Shown: in pieces, positions 17,705-27,700 of the stretch
How positions within the stretch are numbered: position 1 is the stretch's first letter
How the letters are laid out: each line of letters begins with the position of its first letter
Virus record (IMG/VR): IMGVR_UViG_3300022745_000041
Coordinates: 1-54,422 of that record
Source of the DNA: a virus
Taxonomy: Duplodnaviria; Caudoviricetes
Length of the DNA stretch: 54,422 nucleotides
Reading direction: 5' to 3' (one strand)
Translations under genes and position numbers: made by a program
Notes under the pieces: model-generated
Seen by the model: only the letters and a program-made list of their open reading frames with translations
What the model was told of the DNA's origin: nothing
Databases searched by the model: none

Positions 17705-18520
17705 TTAATAAATTGGCGTCGCTGATGCAGTTGGGGCAAAAACCAAACTACCGCTCGTTGCTCCCGATACTGGAAACCACCGAAATGAGTCACTGCCGCG
17801 AAACTGAAGCGTTCTACGTGAACAGAATCGATAAGTTCGACTCATGCCACCATCTGTTTCAGGAGATGAAACATCTTGGCACATAGGCAACCCTTTATCT
17901 ATGAATGCCATCATTCCCAATGCGTTATCATACGCTAATTCATCAACATTTCCTCCGTGTATCCATCCAAAATTTACCCTCGCTGTGTATTCCGTTCCGT
18001 CAATCTCTAAGCCCTGATAGATCAGGAGTTCAACAACCGCAGTGTCGTACCCACTACCGCAATTGGGGGCGAATCCCGTTCTTCGCCAGTGGCCAACGAA
18101 CGTTCCTCCTAGACCTGACGGAGCAACGACTCCGCTAGGGTAGTCATTTGGACCATAAGGAACACGCTCGGCGATGTGTTCGCCTTCAAAATACTGCCAC
18201 ACAGCATCATATGTTCCACCGCATTCATAGCCGATATATCCTCCGTGCGATGAGCCCGGTAAATAATCTGAAAAAGGAAACAATGAATCTATGTGTATCC
18301 GCCATTGCTGAGGCGCGTTATACATCGGCCAATCGTTGATTCCAGTCGCAGGATCAAAAGGGAGTTGCGTTAAATCGCGACCATCAAATAACACCGCCTC
18401 CCCTGCACTTTCCCGCCTCGGTTGCTGAATAAACCTCGCGACATCTGTTTGCAAGCGAAGCAACTCACGCTCTTTCGATTGCAGCCACATTTCAAATTTT
18501 GGGCAAGGATTTAGGCTCAA
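17705..18520 (-). CDS. Putative fibre/receptor-binding-type protein
   Basis: TTG start overlaps the upstream TGA. N-terminal motif is shared with 21349..22008. Gly/aromatic-rich body; visibly more AT-rich than its flanks. Confidence 0.55.
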   Translation of the reverse strand: MSLNPCPKFEMWLQSKERELLRLQTDVARFIQQPRRESAGEAVLFDGRDLTQLPFDPATGINDWPMYNAPQQWRIHIDSLFPFSDYLPGSSHGGYIGYECGGTYDAVWQYFEGEHIAERVPYGPNDYPSGVVAPSGLGGTFVGHWRRTGFAPNCGSGYDTAVVELLIYQGLEIDGTEYTARVNFGWIHGGNVDELAYDNALGMMAFIDKGLPMCQDVSSPETDGGMSRTYRFCSRRTLQFRGSDSFRWFPVSGATSGSLVFAPTASATPIY

Positions 18521-20043
18521 GCGGCACACATCGCTTTCCGCATCTCCGCGATTGCCCAAACTCGCATATCGTCAGGGAAGTCTTGCTTGAGCGGGTATTG
18601 CGTGAATGTGCCGTCAGGATTTCTGCCAACCGCGAACAAAGCATACTGGCCAGATGTAATGCATTTCTTCATGCTGTCGAGCCAGAAGAAAAGAGCGTCG
18701 GTTTCGATCGGTTCTTCGAGCTTCGCCGGTTTAGACGGCTTCGTTTCATAGTGCTCACACATCAATCGCGCAAACTCCATCGCGCCCGCATCCATGAATG
18801 GCGTGAGCTTGCGTCCGTGTTGGTCGGTCGCATCACCTTGTTCCGCCGCTCGGTCGTAATAGAGTTGGCCAGCCGTGCTATAGGCCGAAGCGTTGCGGCA
18901 GTTCTTACCCGGAGCCGACGACCAGCGGTATCCATATTGCGGCGTCGTGAATTCGCAATAGTCGCCGGGAGGTCCGGCGCATTCCATTAACCGCCGACCG
19001 AACTCCAAGTCGAATCCATCCATTGCCTCTTCGGGATAGCCTCCAACCTCTTCCCATAGGTCGAGATGGAACGCCCACGAGCCATGTAGGCCAGTTGGTA
19101 GCGGGTTTATTTCTTCGCGTAGGTCGGACCATTCGAGCAATCCAACCGGATGCTTCCGGTGACAATCAACAACTTTTCGCGACGGCACACTGTAGCGGTG
19201 ATTTACGAGAACCTTTGCGTGTGCGTCCACGTGGTTCGGTAAATATACGTCATCATCTTCAAGGATCACGACAGCGTCATAGCCTGCGTTTTTTGCAGTG
19301 CGGCATAGGTAGTTGAACTTCTGGCCGAACGTTGCGAAGCGTTTCGGAACGCATAGCATCGACCATTTATCGCCATTTTGCGAATCCCATGACCCGCTGT
19401 CTTCTAGCATAAACAAATGCGTCTCGTGTTCCGTGACTTGTGCTTGGAACTGCGCCAGCGTTGTTTGCAGGCATTCAGGTCTTCGATAGCTTGGGCAGAT
19501 GCAGGCAATGCGGAGCTTCTTTTGTGGCTCAATGCGTTCCATGACAATCAGTCCGTTGTTGTTTTCGTAGCGTTCCACGATCGACCATTCCGGGTGTTTC
19601 GCGTGCCACCGGTTGATCCCGTCTAGCAATCCTGGCCCGCCATCTTCGCCGACAGTTCCAAATGTTTCTGTATCGTGGAACACGAGGTACTTGCGAACCT
19701 TGTCGGCATGTTGCGAGAGTTCCTCGAAAACCTGATAGGACGTGTGTAGCGTGTCAATGAAAAGCATGTCGAAAGGATCTTTGAACATGAGTGCGAGCGT
19801 GTCGCGTTGCATAAACGTGACAGTTTTCGACTGTAGTTTGTCCGCATAACCACTCGCTGGATTGATGTCGAACGACCGGACATAAGCTCCGCTCGCGGCG
19901 AATGCTGTCGTACTCACCGCGTCCCGCGTCCCGAACTCAACAACCTCTTCGCACCTTGACGCAAGCCTGCGCAGCGTTGGCAAATGCTCATTAATGTCTG
20001 ACGGTGTTTCGCACGCGATACGATATAACTCTTCAATCGTCAT
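18517..20043 (-). CDS. Class I SAM methyltransferase (Methyltransf_24-like) fused to a GT2-like glycosyltransferase
   Basis: EFGTRDAVST, DMLFIDTLH and FHDT, then CPSYRRP and ILEDDDVYLP. Confidence 0.85.
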   Translation of the reverse strand: MTIEELYRIACETPSDINEHLPTLRRLASRCEEVVEFGTRDAVSTTAFAASGAYVRSFDINPASGYADKLQSKTVTFMQRDTLALMFKDPFDMLFIDTLHTSYQVFEELSQHADKVRKYLVFHDTETFGTVGEDGGPGLLDGINRWHAKHPEWSIVERYENNNGLIVMERIEPQKKLRIACICPSYRRPECLQTTLAQFQAQVTEHETHLFMLEDSGSWDSQNGDKWSMLCVPKRFATFGQKFNYLCRTAKNAGYDAVVILEDDDVYLPNHVDAHAKVLVNHRYSVPSRKVVDCHRKHPVGLLEWSDLREEINPLPTGLHGSWAFHLDLWEEVGGYPEEAMDGFDLEFGRRLMECAGPPGDYCEFTTPQYGYRWSSAPGKNCRNASAYSTAGQLYYDRAAEQGDATDQHGRKLTPFMDAGAMEFARLMCEHYETKPSKPAKLEEPIETDALFFWLDSMKKCITSGQYALFAVGRNPDGTFTQYPLKQDFPDDMRVWAIAEMRKAMCAA

Positions 20044-20053
20044 CCCTGACTCC

Positions 20054-21328
20054 TTACGCAGACAACCACGCAGACCCCGGCACAACTGCCATATTTAATT
20101 CTTTCGCAATGGCTGCGATAGATTCAAACGATGGCAGATGACACTCAATCGCATTATCAACATTATGTGTATCGCGACAAGCCTTCATCCATAACATATC
20201 ATTACGAAGTCGGTCGGCTCGGTGCTGTTCCGTGATCTCTGGCGGACAATAAGCCGCGCCTCGATTCCAAAAGTCATGCCATCCGCTCACGTCGCGAAGA
20301 CACACAACCTCGCGTCCCAACGATTTGAATAACCGGCCAATCCATTCATCACCGCCATAGCCTCGCAAGCCCTGCGGAATCTTGCCGCTTGGCCATGCCG
20401 ATCGACGACAAGCGAAGAACCACGCACCGCACATCTCTACCGGGATCGCAGCGAGGTTGCTTGGGTTCGGTTCAATGCTCCACTGGCCAAAGGCATTACC
20501 CCAAGTTGGTTTCATGCCGGTTGCCATCACCTCGCCGCCATCGCTCAGCAGTTTTGCCGTGGCCAGCCCGTCGAAATCGAGATTGTCGGCAAACCATTGA
20601 ATGAGCCTGAACAACGCACCCGGTTCGATCAAGACGTGAGAGTCAATTACGATAACAATCTCGCCCGCCGCGTGATCGAATACCGCCGCCTTGGGCGGGA
20701 ATGTTCCGCGTTGCGTGCATTCAACAACGCGAACAACGCCCGGATTCTGTCCGGAGATGTGGTCGAGATGTTTACGTTGTTCCGCGTCTGATCCATTATC
20801 GACGATAATGATTTCGGTGTCGGCCATGACCTCCGCGTGAAACATTAACAGCGATCGCACCACCCATCGCACCCGCATTGCATCATCCACTGACGCCATT
20901 CCGATTGTCAATTTTTTCGTCGGCAACTTGTGTGGTTGGCGTAGCGTGCATGTCGAGCACGCTATCGGAGCTTCCGTCCCGTCTGCTGGAGTCACGGGCA
21001 AGATTGTGCATAGTGAACCAACCTGCGAACCATGCTGGCATTGAAACAACGGCATCATCCGCCCGCCGTTAGCTTTCTCCTCTGGTGTCGATGCGCAGGT
21101 CTTGCACTTGATTTCTCCGTTTGGCTTGCGGTGAATACAGCGGCAACCGTCTAGTTGCGCGGATTGCATCGCCCACGAACGCCGGTATTGCTCCAACGTC
21201 GGTTTTCCGGTGTATGGTTTTGTTTCCGTTTCGTCGTGCGGATCAATGCCGTTATAGATACGGAGCACGCCATCGCTTGGCGGATAGAAGCCGAACTCTT
21301 CTCTGAAATGTGCTTTACCGAGTTGCAT
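20054..21328 (-). CDS. GT2-family glycosyltransferase with a Cys-rich N-terminal domain
   Basis: EIIIVDNGS, VIDSHV and GYGGDE motifs; multiple CxC/CxxC in the N-terminus. Confidence 0.85.
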   Translation of the reverse strand: MQLGKAHFREEFGFYPPSDGVLRIYNGIDPHDETETKPYTGKPTLEQYRRSWAMQSAQLDGCRCIHRKPNGEIKCKTCASTPEEKANGGRMMPLFQCQHGSQVGSLCTILPVTPADGTEAPIACSTCTLRQPHKLPTKKLTIGMASVDDAMRVRWVVRSLLMFHAEVMADTEIIIVDNGSDAEQRKHLDHISGQNPGVVRVVECTQRGTFPPKAAVFDHAAGEIVIVIDSHVLIEPGALFRLIQWFADNLDFDGLATAKLLSDGGEVMATGMKPTWGNAFGQWSIEPNPSNLAAIPVEMCGAWFFACRRSAWPSGKIPQGLRGYGGDEWIGRLFKSLGREVVCLRDVSGWHDFWNRGAAYCPPEITEQHRADRLRNDMLWMKACRDTHNVDNAIECHLPSFESIAAIAKELNMAVVPGSAWLSA

Positions 21329-21348
21329 CCTTGCTTCCCCTGTTTTGT

Positions 21349-22008
21349 TTAACTATTGCTGCAAGTTCCGTTGTATGTTTGACCCATAAACGTTCCTGTT
21401 GCGACAACGGTTCCCGTCAGCGTGCTATAAAGTTTGTCGTCAGTATCGCCAAACGCCGATCCATTCGCATAAGTAATGCTGCAAGCAAGCGTACATCCAG
21501 AGCATGTGTCGTTTATCATCGCCCAAAAGCCTGCAAAATAAGTCCAATCACATGCACCGGAGCAACCCCCGGAGGTCGATGATGAGCTGGACGTAGACGA
21601 GGAACTGGACGAAGATGAACTGCTGGACGAAGATGAGCTGGAAGTCGTTGTCGTGGTTGAGGTTGTGGACGACGACGATGATGACGACGAGGAACTGGAC
21701 GAAGATGAACTACTGGACGAAGATGAGCTGGAAGTCGTTGTCGTGGTTGAGGTTGTGGACGACGACGATGATGACGACGAGGAACTGGACGAAGATGAAC
21801 TGCTGGACGAAGATGAGCTGGAAGTCGTTGTCGTGGTTGAGGTTGTGGAACTTGTCGGCCCCGGCTTCTTTTGCAACAACGCTTGACCGCTCGATTCGGC
21901 CCGTGGTGCCGTTGATATCGCGTTGAAGACATCTCGCTTGAGTGCCGCGAAGCCATGCTCCAGGCGTTCCATGCGTTGCTGTTGAGTTAGTCCAGTGATG
22001 TTGTACAT
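21349..22008 (-). CDS. Ser/Thr-rich (mucin-like) protein with a Cys-containing C-terminal domain; probable virion fibre
   Basis: Roughly 95 consecutive Ser/Thr residues between a helical N-terminus and CSGAC...CSGC..AC. TAATG overlap with the tail gene. Confidence 0.75.
   Translation of the reverse strand: MYNITGLTQQQRMERLEHGFAALKRDVFNAISTAPRAESSGQALLQKKPGPTSSTTSTTTTTSSSSSSSSSSSSSSSSSSSSSSTTSTTTTTSSSSSSSSSSSSSSSSSSSSSSTTSTTTTTSSSSSSSSSSSSSSSSTSSSSSTSGGCSGACDWTYFAGFWAMINDTCSGCTLACSITYANGSAFGDTDDKLYSTLTGTVVATGTFMGQTYNGTCSNS
21596..21849. repeat. 90-bp tandem repeat, about 2.8 copies
   Basis: Copies start at 21601, 21691 and 21781, with a single substitution at 21712. Confidence 0.95.
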
Positions 22009-24356
22009 TAGCCTTGACGCTCCCCTGTTTGGGGATCGAAGTAGCCGACGAATGTGGTCCGTGTTCCACTCGCGAAATCTCGACCAAGCAACGCTTGTTG
22101 TTGATCGGTCAGGCCGTGCGCTCTCGCCGCGTCTGGCAAACTCCTTGGCGTGAATTCCACGAATGACGTCGTGCGATAAGTCGGCACCAACGGCTTGATC
22201 TTCAATGCTTTCTTGAGTGCGTCAACATCTTGCCCCATGATCTGCAATTGATCGGAACTCATAACGAGCGTTGTCGTCTGATCGGTGAAGTTGTATTCCG
22301 TTTCCGTGAGCCATGCCCCGGCGGATTCCCAGCCCGTTGTGAGCGTTGCTCCGTCAGCGTCAACAGCTTCGATGTTGATTCGCTTCGAGAGAAACAGATA
22401 GTCCCATTTCATCCCTGAGATATTACACCCGCCCGCGAAGATAATATCACACAGTTGAGCGTGAAGGTTAGTGGCCAGTGCCGTATATTGCGCAACACGG
22501 TCTAAGCCCCACGATATAGCATCGCCTGCGGTATGCGTTGCTGTTGCTGCCGATGTTGTCCATGTCAAACCGCTAATGCCTGTCACCGTTAGCGTTTCGC
22601 TGCCAATCAATGCCGTGAATGGCGTTGCCGGGAAGCCGATTGAACTTGTGACAGCGAACGACGTCGCGCCGATAGAAGTGCTGGCCGTGATAGTTGTCAT
22701 CTGTCCTGACAGTGACGGATTCCGCATGTATTCGAGCGAAAGCAACTCATCGTTGATGCGTTTTGTCTTGCTGATGTTAGCCACGCTGTATGCGGTCCCG
22801 CTGTAGCCGCTTGACGGATAGCGGACCATCAACGGATTTCCAGGCGTGCAATAAATCAACTTCACGTCATCGGGCACTTCGCTATGCGGCCCCGTGAGTC
22901 CGCCCACAAGTGGCGGGTTTGGGTTGTAGCGATTGGCGTAGACGCCATCCGGCCAATAGATAACGCCATCACGATAGTCGAAAGACGCCCCACGCACGGT
23001 CTGCCACCGACCGTCGCCCATGTTGTTATGTGGCCAGCGTGCTAGAAAACAAGGTTGATAGGTCGTTTCGTAACCTGTGCTATGGATCGTGTAGCCGGTA
23101 CTCGGTGAACCCGATATCGCGTCCACGTTCGGCGCGGTGTACGGGTCTTTCATAAGCGGGAGAATCCGCCGTTTGTTGGTATCAGTGACTTGGTATCGGT
23201 TCTTGCCGTAAACGAGCACGCCCGCACCCCAGGACTCCAGAACCGGCCCCGTCGATATGTCCGTGAGTCCGCCGTTCAACAGCGTGCATTCGGCACCGGG
23301 ATAGATCGTCGCTCCGCTTGCGTGCGCGTACTGTGTTGCAACCACGGTCAGTGTTGTGCCGCTGATGCCCGTGATCTCGATAACCTCGCCGTCACAGATT
23401 GCGAAGCCGGGATCAGTGAAGCCGGTTGCGGACGTGACGCTCAGTGTTGTGGCACCGGCGGAAGCACTACTGGCCAGTGTGGTCGAGATTGTCGGGTGAG
23501 CGTGGTATTCATCCCATTGAATCGCAACTGGCGGACCATAGATTTCAACAGCCGTGTAGCGATCCTCAACCGACCGATGCAATTGAAACGATAACACAAC
23601 GTCCGTCGCGGTCGGATCGTTCAACGTCAAGTCGACTTCGGTTGCCGACTTCAGATTGACGATCCGCCAGTAGCGTGTTCCCGGCTCCCATACTAGCCGA
23701 TGCGTTGGGTAGTATTGCCTCAAGAGTCTTTGAATCGCGGAACGAACGCCCTCAGATTCACAGACGAACTTCTCTTGCGGGATCGTTGTGAGGGCGTTCA
23801 AGTCGCCGATGACATACGGCACGTCACCATAGTTGCAACTGTATTCAGACCGCAGCGCCACAGTCTGGTAGTCGAGCATCAATTTAATGATCTTGCCGAC
23901 CGTCAGGCCGTAATCGGCTTGCCATATCCAGTCTTGATCATTATCCACCCAGCAATTGACCGCAAAGAATGGTCGCCCGCCCGTGACAGGAACCGGCAAG
24001 CCACCACTGAGTTCCCAGCCATATGACATTAGCGGGAAGTTGGTGTAGCCAGTGGGATCAATCGCGGTGAACTTCACACCGATCGAATCGCTGCCGGGTT
24101 CGATATGCACGATCCCTTCAAACAACGGATCGACGCCACTCGCGTAATCGTCGGCGCGTAGCCGAATCAGTACGTGATCAGCCACGTTACCGATCGTTGA
24201 ACCGCTGATGATGTGCTGCGGCACCTGAGCCGAGAACGTCAGCGTGTGCGGGTTCGTCATCGACGTTTTCAAGACAATGTCGCAAATGCCAGCGGCGTCA
24301 ATGTCGATCGACTGCCAAGCAGAACCATCCCAGCGATCGAGATACGGAATAGACAA
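22008..24356 (-). CDS. Minor tail / tail-tip protein
   Basis: 782 aa, downstream of the tape measure. Two inserted copies of a TTLA/TTIT..GATT/S..VTS..GF...E module. Confidence 0.65.
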   Translation of the reverse strand: MSIPYLDRWDGSAWQSIDIDAAGICDIVLKTSMTNPHTLTFSAQVPQHIISGSTIGNVADHVLIRLRADDYASGVDPLFEGIVHIEPGSDSIGVKFTAIDPTGYTNFPLMSYGWELSGGLPVPVTGGRPFFAVNCWVDNDQDWIWQADYGLTVGKIIKLMLDYQTVALRSEYSCNYGDVPYVIGDLNALTTIPQEKFVCESEGVRSAIQRLLRQYYPTHRLVWEPGTRYWRIVNLKSATEVDLTLNDPTATDVVLSFQLHRSVEDRYTAVEIYGPPVAIQWDEYHAHPTISTTLASSASAGATTLSVTSATGFTDPGFAICDGEVIEITGISGTTLTVVATQYAHASGATIYPGAECTLLNGGLTDISTGPVLESWGAGVLVYGKNRYQVTDTNKRRILPLMKDPYTAPNVDAISGSPSTGYTIHSTGYETTYQPCFLARWPHNNMGDGRWQTVRGASFDYRDGVIYWPDGVYANRYNPNPPLVGGLTGPHSEVPDDVKLIYCTPGNPLMVRYPSSGYSGTAYSVANISKTKRINDELLSLEYMRNPSLSGQMTTITASTSIGATSFAVTSSIGFPATPFTALIGSETLTVTGISGLTWTTSAATATHTAGDAISWGLDRVAQYTALATNLHAQLCDIIFAGGCNISGMKWDYLFLSKRINIEAVDADGATLTTGWESAGAWLTETEYNFTDQTTTLVMSSDQLQIMGQDVDALKKALKIKPLVPTYRTTSFVEFTPRSLPDAARAHGLTDQQQALLGRDFASGTRTTFVGYFDPQTGERQG

Positions 24357-24361
24357 GTTGG

Positions 24362-24382
24362 CATCTCAGTGCCCCTGAGATG
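24362..24382 (-). promoter_or_regulatory. Hairpin over the translation-initiation region of the tail gene
   Basis: CATCTCAG GGGCA CTGAGATG ends 5 nt before the TTG start. A related hairpin lies at 48922-48943. Confidence 0.45.
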
Positions 24383-24407
24383 TTGTGTGGTTGTGTTATT
24401 CAAAAAA

Positions 24408-24650
24408 TCAGTTTGCTGCCGGTTCGTATCGCCTCTCGAAAACGTCGGCAGCACACGGGTAAGCTCGCGTTCCGTCGCCGGGAGGGTCTTCAAGAATGAC
24501 GTACTCGCCAGAATTCACGTCCACCTCTTGCCCTTGGATCGTGACGACGTATGCGGTCCCGTCTTCTCGCGTTCGCACACCAATTGGCGATGTTGCTGGA
24601 TGCTCGAAGCGGTTTGCTTCAACGATGACTGTCTTGCTTCTGTACTTCAT
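24408..24650 (-). CDS. Small conserved phage protein (PGDYG-like)
   Basis: MKYRSK...VEA...TIQG...GEYVI...AYPCAADVFERRYE. Confidence 0.8.
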   Translation of the reverse strand: MKYRSKTVIVEANRFEHPATSPIGVRTREDGTAYVVTIQGQEVDVNSGEYVILEDPPGDGTRAYPCAADVFERRYEPAAN

Positions 24651-24750
24651 GTTATCCCCTTATCGTTTCGGCGGAGACCAAGGAGGCGGAGGCATCGGAG
24701 GTCTGTCTGAATTGCGTGGCAACGGTTGTTTTGAACCCATACAGAACCAC

Positions 24751-27700
24751 TTATACCCCAGCCGAACTAATGGCGCGCAGTCTAGCAGAATTATCTTCTC
24801 GTGCGAACTGCGCTGCCGTGTTATTGATATGACCTGTGATCTGAGCCACTACGTCATGCAGTGCAACATGCCGATTCGCTTGGTCGGTGACTAGCTTCGT
24901 GAGCGATCCCAGCGCTGCGACAACTTCCGCGTTCGCTTGTGCCTGAGCGTTAGCCATTTTGGCCATCGCGGACTCTGCGTTTTTCAGTGCTGCCGCCGAG
25001 GGGTCTTGTCCGCTCGGCGTCCGTTTAGTATCCGCTACACGATCAACATCTTGCTGGCCAGTGATCTCGGCCCGCTTCTCAGTTCTAGCCGTAACAACAA
25101 CTTCACGAGGTTTCGTCAGGTCATCAAGCTCCGCTTTTGCGTCCGCGTCGTCGATCTCGACCGGCATTGCGATCGTATCACAGCCACCGGCTCCGTTGAG
25201 TGCTTCGGGTTGCTGTGGTTGCGGGTCGGGTTGATTGTCTTCACCGAACAACACCGGTTCACGCTTGCGAACCAACGGTTGATTGTCGTCGAACAGCGGT
25301 TGCAACGGTTTCGGCAATTTCGGGCCGACAGGACGCCTACGAATCTCGGCAATTTCTTGCTCAGCCTTACGCATCCTGTGAATTAAAGCCGCCATCTCTT
25401 TGCCGTTATTTGGCAGCGGAATATCGTTTTGCTCCGCGTACTGAATGGCTTTGTCTTCGGCGTCAATCGGGTCGGCTTCTGGCTCGATTTCAACCGGCTT
25501 GGCTGGTTGCTCAAGTTTTTCTTTCGCTTTACGGAAGTCGATCGCGTCCCGATCTTGGTGTTGCCTTCGGTTCGCGTCGCCTTCCGCTTGTCGGTCAGCT
25601 TTTCGGTTCTCTACATCTTGCTGCTTGGCCCGTGCGGCATCGCGACGACGTTGCGCCACCTCGGCGGCATCACGAGGCGGATTAAGGTCATTAAGCCGCT
25701 TCTCGGCATCTGCTTTCTCGCGGTCGGCGTCCGCTTTCTGCTGAGCCATTAACCGCAATGCCTGCGCGGCCTGTGGATCAATTTGGCCACGGCGTTCGGC
25801 ATCATCAACAGCACGCTGCGCAATGCGGTTCCTGGCGTCTGCAAGTTGCCCGCCAGCTTCGCCGCGTTGTTTGTCTTGCTGGAATTTATCAAACGCATTC
25901 CGCCGAACGTCTTTGACGTCTTCGGGCTTCACGTCACGCCCGGCTTTCTTCTCGGCATCGCGAAAATTCTTTTCTGCGTCGTCTTGGACCTGCCTTGCGG
26001 CGTTTCGCTCGATGTCCTTTGGCTTCACGTTCTCGACAAGTTTTTCGCCAATCGCTGCCATGCGAGGGTCAGCTTTGAGCGCTGCTTGAAGCCTCGCGAT
26101 TCTGTCGGCCTCTTTTTGTTCCGCGAGCCGCTTTTCAACTGCGTCAGCGTCGAGCAATGCTTTCTCGCGAGCTTTACCGACCGCTTGTTCTGCCGTGATT
26201 CGCAATTGTCGTAATCGCTCGACATCTTCCACCGCTTGCCGCTGTTGTCGCGTCCGATTCTCAATCGCCTGTTTTTGCAAGTCAGCTTCTGCCTTCAGCC
26301 GCTCTTGCGTGGCTGCCTGCCATGCTGCCTGTGTCTCCTTGCGTGCTGCCACGTCTTTAGCGGTTACTCCAGCGTCGGCCTTAGCGTCCGCGTCTCTCGC
26401 GATTTGTTCACGTTTTTTAGCTTCACTCAGTGCGGCTTGCTTGTCGTCCATCAACCGTTGATCAAGGCTGGCCAGTTTCTCTGCCTGCGATTTTTGCAAT
26501 GCTTCTTGCTCAGCGATTGATTGTCGTCGCGTGGCAGCCTCGGTCTCGATTTGTGTCATCACGGCTGCGTTGTAATCATCGCGAGCTTTCTTCTTTTGCT
26601 CGTCTGTCAAGGCCGTGTTTGATTGCGCAGCATCAGCGACAAACTTCGCGACCTCAACCGCTCGATTGGCGTGTTCGTTGAGCCTCTCACGGTTGAGTTC
26701 TGCATTACGGCGATCTTGCTCAGCTTGCGGGTCATCGGTTCCTTTTGTGATACGTGATCGCTCTTGCTCGATTGACAGAATCTCTTGGAGCAAACCAGCC
26801 TGCCTGCGAAATTCGGTGTTTTGCTCACGTTGCTTCGTGAGCGATATATCAACCGCTTGTACGTTTTCAGTAATTAGGTTTTTGTGATCTTGTTCCACTT
26901 GACGTCGATCATCTGCGATGCGTTTTTTTTCGCGGTCAAGTTCCGCCTCTTGTTTAGGTGCCGATCGTTGCATGACCTGCAATCGTTGTCGCGCTTCAGC
27001 AAGCTCTCGCTCGGCATCCTGAATTTCCGCGATAGTTCTGAGCCGTTTTCGATGTTGTTCCTCATATTGGATTTGTTCAGCCAATGCGGTTGCTTTATTT
27101 TTTGCAACGATTGAATCAACCTGCGCCTGCGCTGCCTTCAGTACCTCGATTTCCTTTTCGCGGTTCTTCTTTAATCGTTCCGGATCGGCCCCATCCGCAA
27201 TTGCTTCCTTCGGCACAAAGTTGCCAATGTTCTTTCCGCCGTTTTCGATATCGAACTCAATATCGCTAATGAGTTTTTTGATCTCAGATAGCGATGTGAT
27301 TTCTTTCAAATGTTGCTGCTGTTTGCTGACCGCTCTCGCGGCATCGGCATCATCTAACGACTCAAAGGCTTTCTTTCGTTCCGCTACTTTTTCAATCTGA
27401 TCGGCAAGCTGTTTTGCTTCCGCTGTTGCAGCAAAAAAGTAATCCCCCATCTTTGCGAAAACGCCGAAACGTTGCTCAAGTTGATTCAGTCCCACTGCCA
27501 GAATAGAAACAACGCCAGCAAGACCAGCGCCGAGTCCCAGCGATTGCAAAAGCCCAGGGATGTTGTTCACGATCCCGCGTAGGCCATACTGTAGGTCGTC
27601 GGCGGCATAAGCAAGCTGCATTATACCTTGGCCGGATAGCCCGCCCGCCTTATTGATCTGACCACCAGCCGTATTCATCGCCGATCCGGCGCGATGCGCC

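Noticed and set aside
21615-21926. Plus-strand poly-Asp/Glu and other repeat ORFs
   Set aside because: Antisense shadows of the Ser/Thr tract. The minus-strand gene has a coupled start and a shared N-terminal motif.
26923-26930. A8 run in the tape measure gene as a frameshift site
   Set aside because: It lies mid-gene and encodes EKK in a Lys/Glu-rich protein, with no plausible alternative-frame product.
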